Assembly (NCBI RefSeq): GCF_030684315.1
Contig: NC_081361.1
Location: forward strand, 14,807,861-14,871,860
Source: Stegostoma tigrinum
Taxonomy: Eukaryota
DNA: 64,000 nt
Direction: 5' to 3'
Positions 63,378 through 64,000 of this stretch are shown here, piece by piece. Under the pieces are notes generated by a model. It had not been told where the DNA came from. It made no database searches and saw nothing but the letters and a program-made list of their open reading frames with translations. A program made the translations under genes and the position numbers. Each line of letters starts with the position of its first letter. Position 1 is the stretch's first letter.

Positions 63378-64000
63378 TATTCATTTGGCGGATGTGGGCA
63401 TTGCTGCCTGGCCAGCATTTCTTGCCCATCCCTAGCTGTCCTTGAGAAGATGGTGGTGAGCTGCCTTCTTGTAGAAGCACATCTTGTAGATAGTACACAC
63501 TGCTGCTGCTGCTGAGTGTCGATGGTGGAGGGAGTGAATGCTTGTAGATGTAGTGCCAATCAAGCAGGCTACTTTGCCCTGGATGATGTCAAGCTTTTGG
63601 AGTGTTGTTGGGACTCATCCAGGCAAGCGGGGAGTATTCCATTGCACTTCTAACTTGTGCCTTATAGATGGCAGAAAGGCTTTGAGGAGTCAGGAGTGAG
63701 TTACTCGCCACAGTATTCCTAGCTTTTGATGTGGTCTTCTAGTCAGTGTGTTAATGTGGTGAGCCCAGTTGAGTTTCTGGTCAATGATGATGCTCAGGAC
63801 GTTGATAGTGAGGGATTCAGTGATAGTAACGTTACTGAATGTCAAGGGACAGTGGTTAGATTGTCTCTTATTGATGATGGTCATAGCCTAGCATTTGTGT
63901 GGCGTGAATATCACTTGCCATTTGTTAGGTCAAGCCTGAATTATGTCCAGATCTTGTTGCATTTGAACATGGACTGCTTCCATATCTGAGCAATCATGAA
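63378..64000 (-). mobile_element. LINE 3' region (CR1/L2-group, subclade uncertain), runs off the window
   Basis: PLTFSNVTITESLTINVLSIIIDQKLNWAHHINTL..QKLGILWRVTH; shared tail at 63390-63470. Confidence 0.8.

Noticed and set aside
185-63989. The many 60-140 aa ORFs in the track
   Set aside because: Random or antisense-to-repeat ORFs, many with non-ATG starts, and no recognisable host protein similarity.

Overview
Eukaryotic, repeat-rich genomic DNA. The repeat content (HE1/V-SINE, DeuSINE, CR1, Rex1/Babar, L2, RTE, Penelope-like elements) points to a cartilaginous fish, probably a shark. The only host coding sequence I can support is one 138-bp internal exon of astrotactin-1 (astn1) on the minus strand (4504-4641), which the ORF track misses. 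I found neither neighbouring astn1 exon, so the rest of the window is most likely astn1 intron filled with decayed retroelements. The most interesting signal is a family of Penelope-derived fold-back elements carrying minimal hammerhead-ribozyme-like cores (CUGANGA-stem II-GAAA-NN-UH). Several are intact in the astn1 pre-mRNA orientation, including a tandem pair at 21078-21187 that could form a dimeric hammerhead. There is also a near-perfect 49-bp-arm palindrome, a CpG-rich 26-bp minisatellite, a Penelope element with an inverted 3' duplicate, a probable solo LTR and possible DIRS relics. Family assignments come from recalled motifs, not database searches. Repeat boundaries are approximate (tens of bp) unless stated as exact.
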